This document shows, in pieces, positions 9,676 to 19,903 of a DNA stretch of 64,000 nucleotides. This DNA is from Erwinia sp. Eh17-17. GTDB taxonomy: Bacteria > Pseudomonadota > Gammaproteobacteria > Enterobacterales > Enterobacteriaceae. Location of the stretch: contig NZ_JBDFQT010000004.1 of the NCBI RefSeq assembly GCF_039675725.1, positions 146,881 through 210,880 of the forward strand, written 5' to 3'. A program made the position numbers and the translations under genes. Position 1 is the stretch's first letter. Each line of letters begins with the position of its first letter. A model generated the notes under the pieces. That model was not told the DNA's origin. It searched no databases and saw only the letters and a program-made list of their open reading frames with translations.

Positions 9676-10230
9676 TTACCGATAATCGACCAGCAGAGTT
9701 GCAGTAGCATTAAAGTCACCCGTGCTTAATACTGCTCCCGGTCGCTTGACAGGCACGGCGGTTAACCTGGGTTTTTTTTCATAGTCAAATTCCATCCAGT
9801 CATTGATCACCTGTCTTTTACCATTGATAAATAATGCGATACCGAAGTCATCGACATTTGTCGTCAAAGCAGTCTTATCAAAAGATGTCGAAGTCCCTGC
9901 AATCTTCATTCGCATGGGATTAGAGATATTACCCTTACAAACCAAAGTGTAAGGGATATTTTTTTTATAATTTTTCCCGTCAACCCTGGCGATAGCAACA
10001 TGGTCGCCGAAATTGACATCAATCATCTTTTCGCCATTAATGACGCAGGATATCTGGGCAATCAAAACCCCACTCACGGTCACCAACGTTTGGGCCTGAG
10101 CAACGTTCCCCCCCTGTAAAATAAGAAAAAAAGCAATACTGCGAAGATAATTCGAAGAAGTAAGTTTTAATAATTTCGCAAATAAAAGCCTCAGATTAAG
10201 GGAAGTCACCACGCTATTTTCCTTAGTCAT
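9676..10230 (-). CDS. Fimbrial minor subunit
   Basis: Pilin-like C-terminus ...LLVDYR; position within the operon. The start is uncertain. Confidence 0.6.
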   Translation of the reverse strand: MTKENSVVTSLNLRLLFAKLLKLTSSNYLRSIAFFLILQGGNVAQAQTLVTVSGVLIAQISCVINGEKMIDVNFGDHVAIARVDGKNYKKNIPYTLVCKGNISNPMRMKIAGTSTSFDKTALTTNVDDFGIALFINGKRQVINDWMEFDYEKKPRLTAVPVKRPGAVLSTGDFNATATLLVDYR

Positions 10231-10822
10231 AACTTAACCGAAAGTTAACTACCGCCCAAAATGCTCCCGCAACTAAAGGGGCAATGGTACGCTCAGCCAC
10301 CACGGTATAAGTCAGTACATTTTGACCCGGCGTGACCAGCAGCGGCTTACCGCGGCTACCCAGGCGGACATCACGGCCTTCAGGATCCATCAGGTGTAAT
10401 GCCAGGCCAGATACCCCCTGCACTTTAACTAACCGGGGATTATCCATGTCCGACACGGCACGAAAACTTAACGTCACCGAAGGTTGATGAATGGCGGTAA
10501 TCAATGCTCCGGTACGTTCATCACGCTGGCTTAGCGTGGTGCGCAGGCAATCTTGCAGGCGCAGTTTAAAACTGACCGGCGTTCCCTGAGCGCCGGGCTT
10601 GATCAGACGCCCGGTGCCGGTTTCACCTAAGTCGATCTCCTGCGTGGCGCTATCCATTTCCAGACGACAGGCGCTCTCAGTCAGCGCACCATAAACATAA
10701 AGCACACCATTAGCCCCTTCAACATTCCAGTTATCTGTCGCATGTGAGGGTGGCGTAGTGAAAATAAGCGTACATAACAGCAATATTATCTGCAGAAAAC
10801 CGCGGCTGGCATGGCGCCTCAT
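10223..10822 (-). CDS. Fimbrial minor subunit
   Basis: C-terminus ...NFRLSYD. The likely start is MRRHASRGFLQIILLL, a signal peptide. Confidence 0.6.
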   Translation of the reverse strand: MRRHASRGFLQIILLLCTLIFTTPPSHATDNWNVEGANGVLYVYGALTESACRLEMDSATQEIDLGETGTGRLIKPGAQGTPVSFKLRLQDCLRTTLSQRDERTGALITAIHQPSVTLSFRAVSDMDNPRLVKVQGVSGLALHLMDPEGRDVRLGSRGKPLLVTPGQNVLTYTVVAERTIAPLVAGAFWAVVNFRLSYD

Positions 10823-10926
10823 TCCTTTAAGACAGCCCATTAGCTCATCACCCTCGTAATAATATTTATCCATTTATATTACCTTTTCGATCGTCAGCAT
10901 GAACGCGGCAACAGGTCACTTTCCGT

Positions 10927-11694
10927 TCAGGACTTTTCAGGAATAACCTTACAGGTGCTTCCCTCACAGTGGAAACTCAACTGTGGGTAACCGCCATAAT
11001 CATTAATATAAGTCAGAACAGGTGTATTTCCGACGACAGGGGCACTGACACTCAGCTCCGACTCCCCTTTAGGCGGCACCATAAAGGGTACAAAGTCTTT
11101 CGGACCTCTGGTTTTGACTTTATTACTGGCATCCACAATGGTGACATAATAGGGAGTCGGATTATTGACGATGAATTTATTGCCCTTTTTGCTCAACGTC
11201 AGCTGCTCCTGCCACGGAGATTGATTACTTTTAGGCATAATCGATGCGGGACGATAAAATAACTTAATCCTCGTCTGAAGGGCAATCTGCAACGTATTTG
11301 ATTTATCGCTTCTTGGTGGAATCTCACGTAGATTAAAGTAAAATATTGTCTCACGGTCCTGGGGCAAACCCGCAACAGCCGGCAATGCCTGGATTTTCAC
11401 CTGACCGGGTTTTCCCGGTTCAACACGCTGCACGGGAGGTAACACAATGAGCGGGCTTTTAATTTTATTCCCTTCTTCATCTTCAAGCCACCCCTGAGCA
11501 AGATAGGGCAACTGTTTATTCTGGTTGCTAATTCTCAAACTAACCGACTTCTGGCTGCCATCGAATATAACGCGAGTACGGTCAAGGGCAATGGCAGCAT
11601 GGCCTTGTTGCACAGCGACCATGACGAACAATGCAGAATAAACTGTTTTTTTCAGAGCGCTAAGCATGATATCGATTACTCCATAAACCATCAT
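10927..11694 (-). CDS. Periplasmic fimbrial chaperone (PapD/FimC family)
   Basis: Signal peptide followed by ...AIALDRTRVIFDGSQKSVSLRISNQ..., the conserved chaperone N-domain. About 250 aa. Confidence 0.85.
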   Translation of the reverse strand: MMVYGVIDIMLSALKKTVYSALFVMVAVQQGHAAIALDRTRVIFDGSQKSVSLRISNQNKQLPYLAQGWLEDEEGNKIKSPLIVLPPVQRVEPGKPGQVKIQALPAVAGLPQDRETIFYFNLREIPPRSDKSNTLQIALQTRIKLFYRPASIMPKSNQSPWQEQLTLSKKGNKFIVNNPTPYYVTIVDASNKVKTRGPKDFVPFMVPPKGESELSVSAPVVGNTPVLTYINDYGGYPQLSFHCEGSTCKVIPEKS

Positions 11695-11798
11695 AATGTT
11701 TTTATACTTTCCCAGTAAAATTGATAATAAATATTTTTATCGCGTTCATACATCCTCAGCCCGAAGCTGGGGAATAAAATCTCTTAACTATTTGATCA

Positions 11799-14339
11799 CT
11801 ACTGCTCACCTTCATTTTCTTTTAACGAAATGGTTTCTTTTAAAAGAGTACAAGGCAACAACAGATTTTGCGTAAAATATTTTGACACAGAAACAGGAAT
11901 CTCCACTTCACACTGTGCTTTTCCATCCCAGTTTACCGTCATGCTCTCACCGGGATTAACGCCGGTAATATAAACGCTGCCGTTATCGTTAATGATGCCC
12001 GTTTGCTGTTTACGCCGGTTAAACACTTCTGAACCAAAAGGCGGATAACTACCATCACCCAGGCGGATAATAGCCATCATTTTCATACCTGAAATGACGC
12101 TAAATTTGCGGTAACCAATCGCACCTTCTGTTAATGTGGCCTGCACAACCGACTTGGTGGCCTCTGCATTTTCCGGCAGATTATTAATGTCGATTCTGAC
12201 CTGATTATGATAATAGTCACTAATATTCCCGACGACAGCCTTACCCCAGGAATTGGTCCTGATAGCGGCGCCATAGCCTGCAACAGGAATATCCGCAACG
12301 CCCTGAGTATCCAGCAACAGCCGCGTTGCTCCCTCAGTGGTGACCGGATGAAGCGCACCACCTTTAGGTGTTATTGTTGCTCCACCCTGAGCGGAAATAC
12401 CCACTGAGCTGTACTCGCTTTCCTTATAGCTGGCATTGGCACTCAGATGCGCGATATCACCTTCATGATCGTAATACCCACTCAGCTGGCCGCCATTGCG
12501 AGAAATGCCGGTTTGCAGTTGATAAGAGTTATTTTCATCAACACGATCGTAATATCCCACCGTGTGGGAAGTATCACGACCATTCACCGACAGGTTGTAA
12601 CTCAGGCTCGCTCCGGTGCTCAAAGGAAGCGACAGTGAAAGATACATACCATTATCGTCGCGGCCATTATATTTATTGCGGAACGCTGATAGTGACGCAC
12701 TCGCGTTCTTAAACTTCCAGATATCAAAATAGCGGGATAACGTCATGCTGTAGCGGTCGGTCGTTGGGCGATTCCAGTAAGTCTGGTGGCTATAGTTCAG
12801 GTAAGCGCTCAGCCCACTGTCGCGGAACTGTTTATTGAAAGTAATGGTGTACATTTCCTTGTTACTTTGCTGACGCGTACCGTAGTAGCGCGCATCCAGA
12901 TATTCACTCATACTCATGAAATCCTTTTGCGAGAATCTGTAACCGGCAAAGGTGACCTGGCTGTCAATTTCTTCAAACGTTTTTGAGTAACTCAAACGAT
13001 ACGAACCACCTTTAAGCGTCCCCCCAGTTTGCGGTAAATGGGCCCATGACTGCGTGGCATCCAGAGCTAAGGCACCAAATATCATCAGGTCACGTCCGAC
13101 ACCAAACGACAAGGCGTTGTAGTTATTACCCACCAGCGCACCGCCGTACATTGACCAGCCGTTACTGATCCCCCAGGAGAACTCGCCGGTACCGAACAGT
13201 GGACCGCGCGAATGATGCTCGAAATCAGAGGGTTTCCCCGCTGCAATTTTGAAGCGTATCGTTCCGGGGCGTGTCAGATACGGTACATTCGCCGTAGTGA
13301 CCTTAAATTCCTGAACGCTGCCATCCTCTTCTTCTACCCTGACCATCAGATCGCCCGTTACGGCGTCATTCAGGTCCTGGATACGAAATGGCCCAGAAGC
13401 TACCTGGGTTTCATACAGTACGCGCCCCTGCTGGCTAACGGTAACTTTGGCGTTAGTTCTTGCAATGCCGACAACTTCTGGCGCATAGCCACGCAGATTA
13501 GGCGGCAACATTTTATCGTCCGATGCCAGCGTCACCCCAGTGAAACGGAAGCTGTCGAATAGATCAGAGTTTAGATAGTTCTCACCTAGCGTCAGTTTGG
13601 AACGCAGTGATGCAATAGCCCGGTAAGCATAATACTGGCTCCAGTCCCAGTTAGTCCGCGTATTGCCCTTTGAACCGCTATACTTTTCCATTCTTGCCTG
13701 CCAGTTCGCACGAAAACGCCACGCTCCCAGGTTCGCCCCGAGAGTACCGTTACCGCTGACGTTGTAATTTGAACCGGAGTGCTGCTGATGCTGTGATTGA
13801 GCATTTACGTTGTAATCAAGCAGCAAACCAGGGATACCATTATCCCAATGGGAGGGAGGTTCCCAGTCGTCGGAAGAGTACTCCAGATAGGCCTGGGGAA
13901 TGCTTAAATAAAGAGCCGCCTCTGAAAGGTCAGCATGAACACTGGTCCCTTTGATGCTGTCTGGATTCAGGCACTGATTATCATGCCACCACGTTAGCTT
14001 CTCTGCTATTTCTGGCTTCAGACCAAGCAGTTCCAACTGTTCATGTGTAATACAGGCTTCACTTCCGGAGGGATCGTCATCCGGGGGATAGAAATTTACC
14101 GGTTGGTCGGGCACTTCATTTTTATTAATGTGTAAGTCCATATTGTAGGCACCGGGCATGATGTATCCGCGCCGGGAAAACCTGCTCAGGTCAATGTTTT
14201 TCTTGTCGTTAACATCCAGAATGTCCATATTGAACTGGATATTATCCGCAGAATAGACAGATGGGCTTGCTAATGCGATAAATACCAAGATACTGACAAT
14301 TTTAACTCTGGACACGCTCTCCGTAGAATATAAAAACAT
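11799..14339 (-). CDS. Outer-membrane fimbrial usher (PapC/FimD family)
   Basis: 846 aa with the N-terminal usher motif NIQFNMDILD... and a usher-like C-terminal domain. It lies between a pilin gene and the chaperone, i.e. Pap-like order with usher before chaperone. Confidence 0.9.
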   Translation of the reverse strand: MFLYSTESVSRVKIVSILVFIALASPSVYSADNIQFNMDILDVNDKKNIDLSRFSRRGYIMPGAYNMDLHINKNEVPDQPVNFYPPDDDPSGSEACITHEQLELLGLKPEIAEKLTWWHDNQCLNPDSIKGTSVHADLSEAALYLSIPQAYLEYSSDDWEPPSHWDNGIPGLLLDYNVNAQSQHQQHSGSNYNVSGNGTLGANLGAWRFRANWQARMEKYSGSKGNTRTNWDWSQYYAYRAIASLRSKLTLGENYLNSDLFDSFRFTGVTLASDDKMLPPNLRGYAPEVVGIARTNAKVTVSQQGRVLYETQVASGPFRIQDLNDAVTGDLMVRVEEEDGSVQEFKVTTANVPYLTRPGTIRFKIAAGKPSDFEHHSRGPLFGTGEFSWGISNGWSMYGGALVGNNYNALSFGVGRDLMIFGALALDATQSWAHLPQTGGTLKGGSYRLSYSKTFEEIDSQVTFAGYRFSQKDFMSMSEYLDARYYGTRQQSNKEMYTITFNKQFRDSGLSAYLNYSHQTYWNRPTTDRYSMTLSRYFDIWKFKNASASLSAFRNKYNGRDDNGMYLSLSLPLSTGASLSYNLSVNGRDTSHTVGYYDRVDENNSYQLQTGISRNGGQLSGYYDHEGDIAHLSANASYKESEYSSVGISAQGGATITPKGGALHPVTTEGATRLLLDTQGVADIPVAGYGAAIRTNSWGKAVVGNISDYYHNQVRIDINNLPENAEATKSVVQATLTEGAIGYRKFSVISGMKMMAIIRLGDGSYPPFGSEVFNRRKQQTGIINDNGSVYITGVNPGESMTVNWDGKAQCEVEIPVSVSKYFTQNLLLPCTLLKETISLKENEGEQ

Positions 14340-14399
14340 AATAACCAGCCTGTAATATCCCTATAAATTACACCATGCCGATCATAGCCTTATCAGCAC

Positions 14400-14948
14400 T
14401 CAATAATAATCCATTTTAAAACGTATTATTGAATAGAATCTCCCAGACTTTAACTTCTTAGAGTTGGAGACTAATTTTATCCTAAAATTAAGATCCTTAT
14501 TCCCTTCAATAATATCTTCAGCAGGCATAGCCACACCTGGCAATGCTTTTTTGTTAGTGCTATCGATTATTTCAAGCGCGATACCCTTCGCATCACCTTT
14601 GACCGAAAAAAACCTGCCATCTGCATCCGTATCGCCATCAAATGTCACTTGAAAGCTATGCCAGTCAGGTCGATGTGGATCAACATTAGCCAACTCACAA
14701 TTTATTAACTTAATACTAAAAGGGTATTCCATTCCATGGTTGTTAAGCAGAATGCTACTCGCCGGAACTGTCTTCATATCGATAGACTGGGAACGACTGC
14801 CTGTAGCAATAGCACAGGCGGTGTTAATAATAGACCCGTGCATGCTCACATGCCCCCAACCTTGCGTCGATTTAGCAGCCTGTGACTGGAAGGGTGTCAG
14901 TACCAGTAAAATGTATAGCATGCACACATTGAATATAAACTTCCTCAT
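14400..14948 (-). CDS. Fimbrial subunit (PapH-like position)
   Basis: Signal peptide MRKFIFNVCMLYILLVLTPFQSQA and the pilin C-terminal motif ...FKMDYY. Confidence 0.65.
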   Translation of the reverse strand: MRKFIFNVCMLYILLVLTPFQSQAAKSTQGWGHVSMHGSIINTACAIATGSRSQSIDMKTVPASSILLNNHGMEYPFSIKLINCELANVDPHRPDWHSFQVTFDGDTDADGRFFSVKGDAKGIALEIIDSTNKKALPGVAMPAEDIIEGNKDLNFRIKLVSNSKKLKSGRFYSIIRFKMDYY

Positions 14949-15033
14949 TGGCGCCTTCCCTATGCCAACATTTTTATTTAAATGGCATGCGATATAATGA
15001 CATGCCATTTAAATGTCAGACCAGGATAACTAG

Positions 15034-15573
15034 TTACTGGTAGGCGAGAGTAAAGTCTGCAACAGACTGGAAATCGCCAGGCTTGATATCCGCATCATTG
15101 CCTTTCAGGTAAGCAGAGAAGCTTAAGGTATTGTCACCATTTTGCAGCTGCTGCGCTTTAGATGGCTGCCCTAAAGTGATGTTCTGACCAGAACCATCAG
15201 TAATCGCAATACCTGCACCCTTCGCGGTACCCGTAATACCCAGCAAACCATCTTTCGCTGAAGATTCCATACCGGTAAAGGTCAGGGTAACATTGTTATT
15301 TTTACCCGGATCAACGGAAACCAGATCGCAGTTTTCCAGCTTAATGGTGAACGGACGAGGTGTGGACTGACCACCATCTTTCAGCGCAACGTTAGACACT
15401 GGGCCCAGGTCTACGGTCTGAGCAACTGAATCAGGTTTAATTGAGCAAGGCGCATCAATGATAGAACCTTTAAATGTTACAGTACCATGCCCTTGATCTA
15501 CTACAGCTGCCTGAGCCAGTGAAACAGAGCCGAAAGCCATAACTGCAGCAAGCATGAATTTATTCAATTTCAT
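15034..15573 (-). CDS. Major fimbrial subunit (FimA/PapA-like)
   Basis: MKLNKFMLAAVMAFGSVSLAQA signal peptide, conserved Cys pair and the ...FTLAYQ terminus. It is the first gene of the operon. Confidence 0.85.
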   Translation of the reverse strand: MKLNKFMLAAVMAFGSVSLAQAAVVDQGHGTVTFKGSIIDAPCSIKPDSVAQTVDLGPVSNVALKDGGQSTPRPFTIKLENCDLVSVDPGKNNNVTLTFTGMESSAKDGLLGITGTAKGAGIAITDGSGQNITLGQPSKAQQLQNGDNTLSFSAYLKGNDADIKPGDFQSVADFTLAYQ

Positions 15574-16560
15574 ATAATGTTCCTATCCTTAGTATAGAAA
15601 AATCAACATCCAAGATTTAACTTCCGTTAGTGCCATCAGTAAGTGAAAACAGATGACCACGCTAAACCCTTTAGCGTATTACAAAAAGTCAGTATCAGAC
15701 TGGCAATACCCATCGCTTTTTGTCCCCACAATTATTACCAGGTTCAGGGAACAATTAAAGTCAAAATTGATGAAATCAGAAAAACAATATAAAAAACCCA
15801 GTATCAAGGCCAATTTTTAATTTTTCGATCTATAAAATCGCAGGACAACAACAACTCAGAATTAAATATCGCAATACACAACCTGTAAACACATTGATCT
15901 AAAATCATTACTCTGGATGAATTTTTATTCCAACTCACCTCGCGCACGATGGTGTAACCGTCAGCTTTTCAGGCCTCTTTTTCCTGTGACCATTTACTGC
16001 TATCAATAATGATGCAGACCGTGCAGAGCCCGCCTCTTCCGGGGGTTATAAAACTATTAGCCGGTTTTTTATACTTTTTCATCTGTGCGTTGCATTAGCT
16101 TAATAAGTAAAACTCAGCCGTACCGTCACCCTCTGCTACGCGTGCAATAAAAAGTAGAATAAATGCTATATTTAGCAAAAAAAATAAAATAACTTACAAA
16201 TACCTTACTTCTTTGGGGCTATAAATGGTCTATTTTGTATTAAATAGAAATATAATGTTTATTTTTGTAATCTACAGACTTTCATTTTATATATAAAATA
16301 TCCTGACAAATCCGATCAGACACACTGGCCATTGCCCTGATTGCCGGATCGATTACACTCCTCGCCGCTCTCATCTCGCTACCGAGCGCCGCATCATTTG
16401 CATGCTTCTCTAACCGCAAGAATTATAAGGTTAATTTATTTAGTCATCCGTGCCATCCGTATCCAGCTGAAGATTTAGCCTTTCGGTTTCAAGAAAATTC
16501 CTAACAGGTTTTATTTTTTCCGATACACTGCAGCATTGATCGGCTCAATGTCGCGTACAC
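15574..16560. promoter_or_regulatory. ~1 kb AT-rich ORF-free region between the fimbrial operon and the divergent diguanylate cyclase
   Basis: No ORF of 60 aa or more on either strand. Very AT-rich, as in H-NS/Lrp-type fimbrial switch regions. Contains two GATC sites 69 bp apart at 15827 and 15896. Confidence 0.5.
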
Positions 16561-17619
16561 ATGCACTATTATTCCCCCGATGACACACAGTTAAAACAGC
16601 GCTCTGTACGCTTTATTCGTCGCATGTTCGCCATGCGACAATTGGGCACTTTTTTGTGTTTTTTCCCATTTTTGTCGGTACTGACTGAGCTGGACCGGGG
16701 ACTGTGGCTGGCTATCCTGCTGGCGATTAATGCCTTTATCTGGCCGGTCATTGCCTGGATTCTGGCACACTCCTCACGCGACCCGACCAACACCGAGCGG
16801 CGTAATCTGACCGTCGATGCGGCCTTTGGCGGGGTCTGGGTGGCGCTGATGGGCCTCAGCCCCGTTCCCTCTTTCATCATCATGGCGGTGCTGGCCTCAG
16901 ACCGCTATGCGGCCGGTGGCTGGCCGCAGCTGAAATCAGCGATCGCCGCTTTCCTGCTGGCGTTTATTCCAGTGTGGAGCGTGGCAGGGATGCCGCTGGT
17001 AAGCACCTTCAGCACGCGCACCGTCTGGCTGACCCTGCCGCTGGCCACCTGCTATATGCTGGTCCTGAGTGCGGTTTCCTATCAGTTGACCCTGACACTG
17101 CGCCGTAAGAATCGTGAGCTGGAACGCATCTCGCTGATGGACCCCAGCCTGAAAATCCCTAACCGCCGCCTGTTCGACCGTCGGCTGGAAAGCGAATACC
17201 TGCGCACCCAGCGCGGCGACAGCCATGCGTGGCTGATGCTGCTGGATGTAGATAACTTCAAACAGGTGAATGACCGTTTCGGCCATGAAGCCGGGGATTA
17301 TCTGCTGGCGGAGATCTCACGCCTGCTGCGCAATGAGGTTGGCACGCGCGATATTCCGGCGCGCTTCGGTGGCGATGAACTGGGGGTGATTGTGCGCGAT
17401 GCAGACCACAACAGCATTGTGATCCTCGCCGCGACGCTGAAAGAGAAAATCGCGCAGATCCGGCTTCCCGCCGCCCCGGACTTTCAGTGTTCGGTGAGCG
17501 TCGGCATTGCCCCGGCAGGCACAGCCGACTCTATTCACCAGTGGCTGCGCAATGCCGACCAGGCGCTGTATAACGTCAAGCGCACCGGCCGGGACGGCAT
17601 CCATCTCTGGAATCCCTGA
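16561..17619 (+). CDS. Membrane diguanylate cyclase, MASE2-GGDEF architecture (AdrA/DgcC-like)
   Basis: The N-terminal membrane domain aligns with AdrA (KQRSVRF... / ...NLTVDAAFGGVWVALMG). The C-terminal GGDEF domain has the active-site variant RFGGDELGV. Confidence 0.8.
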   Translation: MHYYSPDDTQLKQRSVRFIRRMFAMRQLGTFLCFFPFLSVLTELDRGLWLAILLAINAFIWPVIAWILAHSSRDPTNTERRNLTVDAAFGGVWVALMGLSPVPSFIIMAVLASDRYAAGGWPQLKSAIAAFLLAFIPVWSVAGMPLVSTFSTRTVWLTLPLATCYMLVLSAVSYQLTLTLRRKNRELERISLMDPSLKIPNRRLFDRRLESEYLRTQRGDSHAWLMLLDVDNFKQVNDRFGHEAGDYLLAEISRLLRNEVGTRDIPARFGGDELGVIVRDADHNSIVILAATLKEKIAQIRLPAAPDFQCSVSVGIAPAGTADSIHQWLRNADQALYNVKRTGRDGIHLWNP

Positions 17620-17756
17620 GGTTCAGAAACGCGTAAAACGATAGGGGTGCGGGTCAATCACCGGATCAGAATCCGGCGTGACATCAATCCGCGCCGGATG
17701 CGGTTACGCACCCGTTCGAACGGCGGACGCGTCATAGCGACGAAGAAACAGCCGTG

Positions 17757-17790
17757 ATGAAAAATGGCGCCTCACAGGGCCATTTTTTCG
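17757..17790 (+). terminator. Rho-independent terminator
   Basis: aatggc-gcctcacagg-gccatt stem followed by TTTTTT. Confidence 0.6.
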
Positions 17791-18090
17791 CTTATGACGC
17801 CTCTCAGTGTAAGAGGAAAAAACGATTAAAGTTGCCAGAGGCAGGCGCAGGGCGGCTCTCCTCAGTTTTTACCAACGTTTAAAAAAAATCTTTCAGTCTG
17901 ACGAGCGAGAGATTTAATCAACTTTCCCTTCTCTTTTTTCCGGTTAATGCCACAATCATAAGCATAAAGGTATCGCACGATTAGATAGCGCGATAACTAA
18001 AAGACCGTCTTGCTCCAACTTTTGATAAAAATGACCACACCAGGGAAAACTCATGCAGCAACTCAAAAAAATTATACAGAGGAAAGGCCT

Positions 18091-18330
18091 ATGCCAAACC
18101 CAACACTTCAGCACTCTGTGCCTGTCATGACTAACGTGCGTGAACTCCGCCTGGCTGCCGGCCTCTCACAGGAGGGGGCTGCCGAACGGTTTGGCCTGAG
18201 CCTGCGGGTCTGGCAGACCAAAGAGGCCGCCAGCAAACCGGGCCAGCTGGGCCAGACGGAATATGAATTCCTGCTGCTGCTGGCAGGCCGCCATCCGCAT
18301 TTTTCACTGGCACCGCTGCAGTCCCGATAA
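18091..18330 (+). CDS. Small HTH (XRE/Cro-like) DNA-binding protein
   Basis: VRELRLAAGLSQEGAAERFGLSLRVWQTKE is a helix-turn-helix signature. About 79 aa. Confidence 0.5.
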   Translation: MPNPTLQHSVPVMTNVRELRLAAGLSQEGAAERFGLSLRVWQTKEAASKPGQLGQTEYEFLLLLAGRHPHFSLAPLQSR

Positions 18331-18474
18331 AGGGGCTTGGCTGAAGGGCTCCGGACTGACCGGAACCCTCTGCTGTGCTCCCGATGACTTCAGATGCGAT
18401 TGCAGCTCTGAACAGACCTGGCGCAGTGCGGTTTTCACCGCTGGCTGATTGCTCAGGGCATTGAGCAGACCCTG

Positions 18475-19659
18475 TTACAGCGCCTGCGCGCACGCCCAGG
18501 CGGAGCTCCACGCCCACTGGAAGTTATACCCTCCCAGCCAGCCGGTCACATCGACCACTTCACCGATAAAATAGAGGCCCGGCACATCGCGGGCTTCCAT
18601 GGTTTTTGAGGAGAGCTGCGTGGTGTCGACGCCGCCGAGCGTCACTTCCGCCGTGCGATAACCTTCGGTGCCGTTCGGCTGCACTTTCCACTGGTGCAAT
18701 GCGTTCGCCAGATCGGCCTGCTGGCGGCTGTTCAGCTGTTTCAGCGTGCATTCCGGTACGCTGCCCAGCAGCTGCAGGCACTCGACAAGGCGCTTCGGCA
18801 GCAGTTTTGCCAGGGTGTTTTTCAGGCTCTGATTCGGATGACTGTGACGCTCATCGTTGATAAACGCATCGATGTCCTGACCAGGGGAGAGGTTAACCGT
18901 AACAAACTCACCCGGCAGCCAGTAGCTGGACAGTTGCAGCACCGCCGGGCCGGAGAGGCCGCGATGGGTGAACAGCAGCGCTTCTTTAAACACCGTACCG
19001 TCTTCAGCGGTCAGCACCGATGGCACCGACACGCCGGACAGCGTCTGAAGCTGTTCCAGCAGCGGCTTATGCAGGGTAAACGGCACCAGTCCGGCGCGGG
19101 TCGGGAACACCTTCAGACCGAACTGTTCAGCGATTTTGTAGCCAAACGGGGACGCCCCCAGGCCCGGCATCGACAGCCCGCCGCTGGCAATCACCAGCTT
19201 TTCTGCCTGCACTTGCGCACCGTTCAGCTGGAGCATATAGCCGCTGTCGTCACGGGTAACGGAGACAACCTCACTGCGCAGACGCAGCGTTACCTGGCCC
19301 TGTTCACACTCTTTCAGCAGCAGATCGACCACCTGCTGCGCGGAGTCATCACAGAACAGCTGGCCGAGGGTTTTCTCATGCCAGGCAATGCCGTGGCGAT
19401 TGATCAGATCGATGAAGTCCCACTGGGTATAGCGCGCCAGGGCAGACTTACAGAAATGCGGGTTATGTGACAGATACGCGGCGGGTTCAGTATAGAGGTT
19501 GGTAAAGTTACAGCGACCGCCGCCCGACATCAGAATTTTACGTCCGGCTTTTTTGCCATTATCAATCAACAGTACGCGCCGCCCTTTCTGACCCGCCTGG
19601 GCTGCGCAAAACAGGCCAGCTGCGCCTGCACCAATTACGATAACGTCAAATTTTTCCAC
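18475..19659 (-). CDS. yhiN: FAD-dependent flavoprotein YhiN (BaiN/aminoacetone-oxidase family)
   Basis: VEKFDVIVIGAGAAGLFCAAQAG... aligns with the E. coli YhiN N-terminus. A GTG start with a GGAG RBS is chosen. Conserved synteny next to pitA. Confidence 0.8.
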   Translation of the reverse strand: MEKFDVIVIGAGAAGLFCAAQAGQKGRRVLLIDNGKKAGRKILMSGGGRCNFTNLYTEPAAYLSHNPHFCKSALARYTQWDFIDLINRHGIAWHEKTLGQLFCDDSAQQVVDLLLKECEQGQVTLRLRSEVVSVTRDDSGYMLQLNGAQVQAEKLVIASGGLSMPGLGASPFGYKIAEQFGLKVFPTRAGLVPFTLHKPLLEQLQTLSGVSVPSVLTAEDGTVFKEALLFTHRGLSGPAVLQLSSYWLPGEFVTVNLSPGQDIDAFINDERHSHPNQSLKNTLAKLLPKRLVECLQLLGSVPECTLKQLNSRQQADLANALHQWKVQPNGTEGYRTAEVTLGGVDTTQLSSKTMEARDVPGLYFIGEVVDVTGWLGGYNFQWAWSSAWACAQAL

Positions 19660-19903
19660 CACACACTCCGCGCCGACCTGCAAAAACGCTGATTGTAGTG
19701 AGTTGGCCTCCGGGATGCCAGTGTCACGCCAGATCGGCGCTGAAACATTTTGTAACCTCATGATTTAAAAATGCTTTCGCCTGAAATTTTCACGCTACTG
19801 ACACATTAATGTCAAAAAAAGTCTATATTTCCCTTCCCCCCGGCGTAGTTTGTCGCTGATAATGCGCCGCGTTCATGTCCTCCAAAATGGCGTAACGCTT
19901 ATG

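Noticed and set aside
15574-16560. Possible fimS-like invertible element
   Set aside because: No flanking inverted repeats of the fimS type and no recombinase gene (fimB/fimE) nearby. Only short chance inverted repeats such as CAAAAAG..CTTTTTG were seen.
16569-17604. Three minus-strand ORFs of 95-116 aa
   Set aside because: Antisense to the diguanylate cyclase gene.
18694-19470. 258-aa plus-strand ORF
   Set aside because: Antisense to the conserved yhiN gene.
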